From: the human T2T-CHM13v2.0 reference genome, Homo sapiens
Direction: 5' to 3' (one strand)
DNA: 64,000 bases
Assembly: GCF_009914755.1 (NCBI RefSeq)
Contig: NC_060927.1
The notes beneath the pieces were generated by a model. That model was not told where the DNA came from, ran no database searches, and worked only from the letters and a program-made list of their open reading frames with translations. Below, piece after piece: positions 60,370-64,000 of this stretch (positions within the stretch are counted from its first letter, which is position 1; each line of letters starts with the position of its first letter). Made by a program: the position numbers and the translations under genes.

Positions 60370-62057
60370 CTATTTGGGTTAGGATGGGCTAGGAGAAGAT
60401 GAGCCAGAGAATGACACCTGTCTTCAGCAATCAGTCGCTTACAGATACTGTCTTTCTGGCATTCCCCAGCATGCCGTCCAAAGGGCTTGTCGCTTATGGG
60501 CCACTTGATTATTGGTGAAGAAAATGGTCTGTGGGACCTCCTGGATCCAGGTTCAAGTCCTGACTCTGCCTCTTGATCGCTTTGTGACTTAGGGAAGGTC
60601 ATTTCTGTCTCTGAGCTTCCAGATCATCTGCTGTAAGATGAGAGCAGTGACTGCCCTGGCTCGTGGGGCTTGAGGAAGGAACGGCCTGTAAAACATGTGT
60701 CCCAATTCTGAACACACGCCAAAGCCCATTAATTGTCTTTTCTAGTTATCATTGTGTAGCCACAGCAGCTATTAGCAGCATCACCACAGACATTCCAGCA
60801 TCCCAGTAGCCAGGTTATTTTCTCTAACCCTGGGATTATTTCGCAGTCTATAGAATGTATACATCAAAGCAACCGGTATTAATCCTGGAAGTTCGGTTCG
60901 TTATTGCAGAGAACTTGTCATCCTCTATGATTTCTGACTTTATTTACAATGAAATCAGAATTCATTGGCAAGGCCATTGAATGGTCCTGGCCACGCCTGT
61001 CTCTCCCAGCCCCTCTTCTGCTGAGTTCCCTCCGGGACCTCCCTCAAGCTCTGTGAATGTGCCAACCTCTTCTCTCTTCTAGAGTGCCCTTGCATGCAGT
61101 GTTCTCTCTGAGTGGAATTTTCTTCACCAAAATCTGGTCTCTCCTTGATATTCAGGGTTCCTCTTGGATTCTTCTCTTTGGGGAAAATTTCATTCCTTGG
61201 CCCTCTTGCCTAAGGTAGAACCCCTTTCACCCTACCCCAAATACCCCCTTCACCCCTAACACCTCCCACCACGACCGCTGTTACGCTATCATTTTCTCTC
61301 ATGTTGTCTTGTTTATACCTTTTCTTCATAGAACTCGTCAGTATTTAAAATTACCTTTTAAGGCATCTGGCTCTCATTTGCTCTCCCACTAGAACTTTAG
61401 CCCAGTGAGGAGAAGGACTGTGTGTGTTTAGTTCACCCAGGATAGTGCCTCCTGTAGTGCAGACATCCAGGAAGTTCATGGAATGAGTGAACGATCAGAA
61501 ATTTTTCTGATATGCCAGAGATCTGATCAGAATATTTTACCTACAACAATATTAGAAACTCGAGTAACTTAAATAAGTTTTCTTTAATTAATAGCCTTTT
61601 AAAATATTAGGCAACAGCACTATTCTTTGTGAGTGAGTTACAGGATGCACTCTAGTGGGTAGAATTGAAACTACTAATGGTACCACTCACTCCTGTTAAT
61701 TACAGGGTGGAAAGTCATAGGAGGTTTAATCATCAGACCCTAATTTTCTTGTGACTTTAAAGAGTAAATATTTATTGAGTAACTAATTATGAATTTTACA
61801 TACATTTATTTAAAGATGCTGGAGAGTTATTTCTTGGAGAAAAGATTTCTCCAAAGGTGATGAGTCCATAGTGGTTATCTCACTTTTCAGGATGACAAAG
61901 GACAAAGAAACGTGACAGTACTCAAAGAGAAATGATTTTAGAAAACTTAGGTTATGGGCAAGTTTATCCTATTGATTTTGAAAGAAATACTTAGAAAAAT
62001 ATTGCTTCTACCAATGCTATTTTTCAGGTTTGTGCTGATAGTGTTCCCTACTCACAA

Positions 62058-62510
62058 CATTTTATTATGAAAATATCCAGACATGCAACACAATTGAAAC
62101 AAATTTGCCACACAAACACCCATACACCCCCCATTCATATCTGCCATTGATATTAAGTATCCTCATTTCATCACTTATCTGTCCATCTCTCTATCCTTCT
62201 AGCCATCCATTAATACGTCTTATTTCTGGTGCGTTTCAAAGTGAGTTGCAGACTTGTTATAGTATTTTTAACAATCCATTTGTCCATGAAAAAGAAACAT
62301 ATTTTGTCAAGGTCAGGCTGATATAAAAGCTTAATATGTTTGAAAAGAAATGAATATAAAGTGAAACAGAAAACGTACCTTCTTCCAGTATTTCAAAAGA
62401 ATGGGAAGCAGAAAGGTTCATGGTGCTGTCCTGCTGAGTGGTGTTCCATGGTGTGGAAGTACCATAGTTTATTTATCCATTCACCTGCTAATGGACATTT
62501 AATGTAATGT
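62058..62510 (-). mobile_element. Old L1M fragments (L1MC-like 3' end)
   Basis: ttttattatgaaaat...tttcaaagtgagttgcagac and taccatagtttatttatccattcacctgctaatggacattt. Confidence 0.6.
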
Positions 62511-63759
62511 GACTGGTGAAGTGGAGCTTGTTCCAAATGAAGTGAGCTTTTGGATTTCTGTGGTTCTCTGGTAATAGATCCTGTCCATTTTTTCCCCTTT
62601 CTGTACAGCATCCACTATTCTACTTCCTGGTTTTCCATGGAGATCTGTCCCTTCTTGATCCCCAGTCCACAAGGCTTGGATGGGGCACATCCCAGGTGTG
62701 AGCACAAGGCTGAAGTTTGTCTAATCAGAGGGTCCCCACACTCCTCACCACAGAGGTATGAGGTCAGAGCTGCTCTGGTCTCGTCACTGACCTGATCTCG
62801 TCTGTTTCCATTTTCTCTTTTACTCACTGCTCCCCACTTCCCTGCTCTGAAGCTTCACGCCTGCTGTCCCCTCACCTAGACTGCTCTTCCTCCAGATGGC
62901 TGGTGGCTTGCCCTGGACTTCTTCTGGTGTCTGTTCAAATGTCAGTTCTCAAAAAGACTTTCCATGGTCACTTTCACTAAGATAACTCTCCAGCCCTTTT
63001 CATCACATGAGCTAATACTTCTCCTATGTTGCTTAAGCACCTTTGAGTTCCATTAAAGAAGTCCGGGTGAAAATGCTGCATTTGTTCAAACTGCCTTCAG
63101 TGTTTGTTCTCTTTATCTTCCAAGTTTCTCAACCCTTAGACTCTACCAGTGGCTGATCAGTCATCCTGATAGTAGAGCCTCCCGGGGTAGATCCTCTGAG
63201 CCAGTTGCTAGGTTCCAAGCTATAGTGCCCATCACCTCCCAGCTAGGTAACTTGGTGGAGATTTACTGGGAAGCTGTGCAGAGAGACTATGTGACCCGGA
63301 GGTTTGGCATAGAGACAAACTCAGAATGGGAGCACTCCAGCGTTTCCTCTGACCTGAAGGGGTCAGGAAGGTTGGTTCACCCTGGCATCTGGTGTACATA
63401 GGATGGCATCACACAGATAATTTAAAGCCTGGGAGCGTGAGTTTGGCATTATTACTGCTACTAGCGTCCCCTTCTTTCAGAGCTCAAAACCCTGAGAGGT
63501 TGCCAAGTGTCAGTAGCATCTCCAGCAATTGATAGCTACTAGGTATTTAGAACCTTCCTCACTTCATCCATCTGCTGGCTCTTACAGTAGATCCAAATCT
63601 TTATATTATCTTAGCTTCTGCTATGAGACCTCCAGAGTGTATGTAACTAACTGCACTCCTTCAAGCTAGAGTGCGGTTTTTTTTTGTATTTTTGCATGCT
63701 GAGTACTTAGCATAGTGCCTGGGTCAATAATGATAGTACTTGTTGAATTAGTAGAATGA

Positions 63760-63960
63760 TATATAACATTTATTAAGTGTTTCCAGTGATCAGGCATGGT
63801 TCTGATTTTATTACATGTACAAGTTTATTTAATCTTCAGAACATTAAGGAGTAGATGTTGCTATCTCTCCATCTCGTAGGTGAGGAAACTGATTCACAGA
63901 GCTATTAAGTTATTTGCCAAAGAATACACAGTTGGCAAGTGGGTGAGCTTGGACTTGAAA
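63760..63960 (-). mobile_element. MIR
   Basis: atttattaagtg...ccatctcgtaggtgaggaaactga...ttaagttatttgccaaag. Similar MIR relics lie at ~43430, ~56690, ~59130 and ~60520. Confidence 0.7.
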
Positions 63961-64000
63961 GCCCATCAATATCTATTTAATATTTATTTTAATCATATGT

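Noticed and set aside
62421-62440. REST/RE1 site (ggtgctgtcctgctgag)
   Set aside because: The half-site cores are present, but the spacing is 4 nt too short relative to GCTGTCCnnGGTGCTGA, and it lies in an L1 relic.

Overview
Primate (human-like) genomic DNA. Almost all of it is intronic sequence of CACNA2D3 (voltage-gated Ca2+ channel alpha2delta-3 subunit, + strand). The only host coding sequence is one 117-nt phase-0/0 exon at 42287-42403 (KYKEYEKDVAIEEIDGLQLVKKLAKNMEEMFHKKSEAVR, most likely exon 3). The rest is a layered record of transposable elements. It includes a near full-length, sense-oriented but coding-dead L1PA4-like LINE-1 (6785-12899) with TSDs, the ancestral ~129-bp 5'UTR segment and an open, extended antisense ORF0. 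It also holds other L1PA/L1PB/L1M fragments, about 14 Alu copies or fragments, solo LTRs (MER4A-, MER41A-, MST- and MLT1-like), hAT DNA-transposon relics, MIR/L2 relics, microsatellites and two short tandem duplications. Nearly all ORFs in the supplied track are repeat-derived or chance. I see no evidence for a wholly new multi-gene system. The best leads are the L1 antisense ORF0 with an improved splice donor, inverted Alus bracketing the symmetric exon, an in-frame cryptic upstream acceptor, and an exonization-ready antisense AluY. Repeat subfamily names come from remembered consensus sequences and should be confirmed with RepeatMasker/Dfam.
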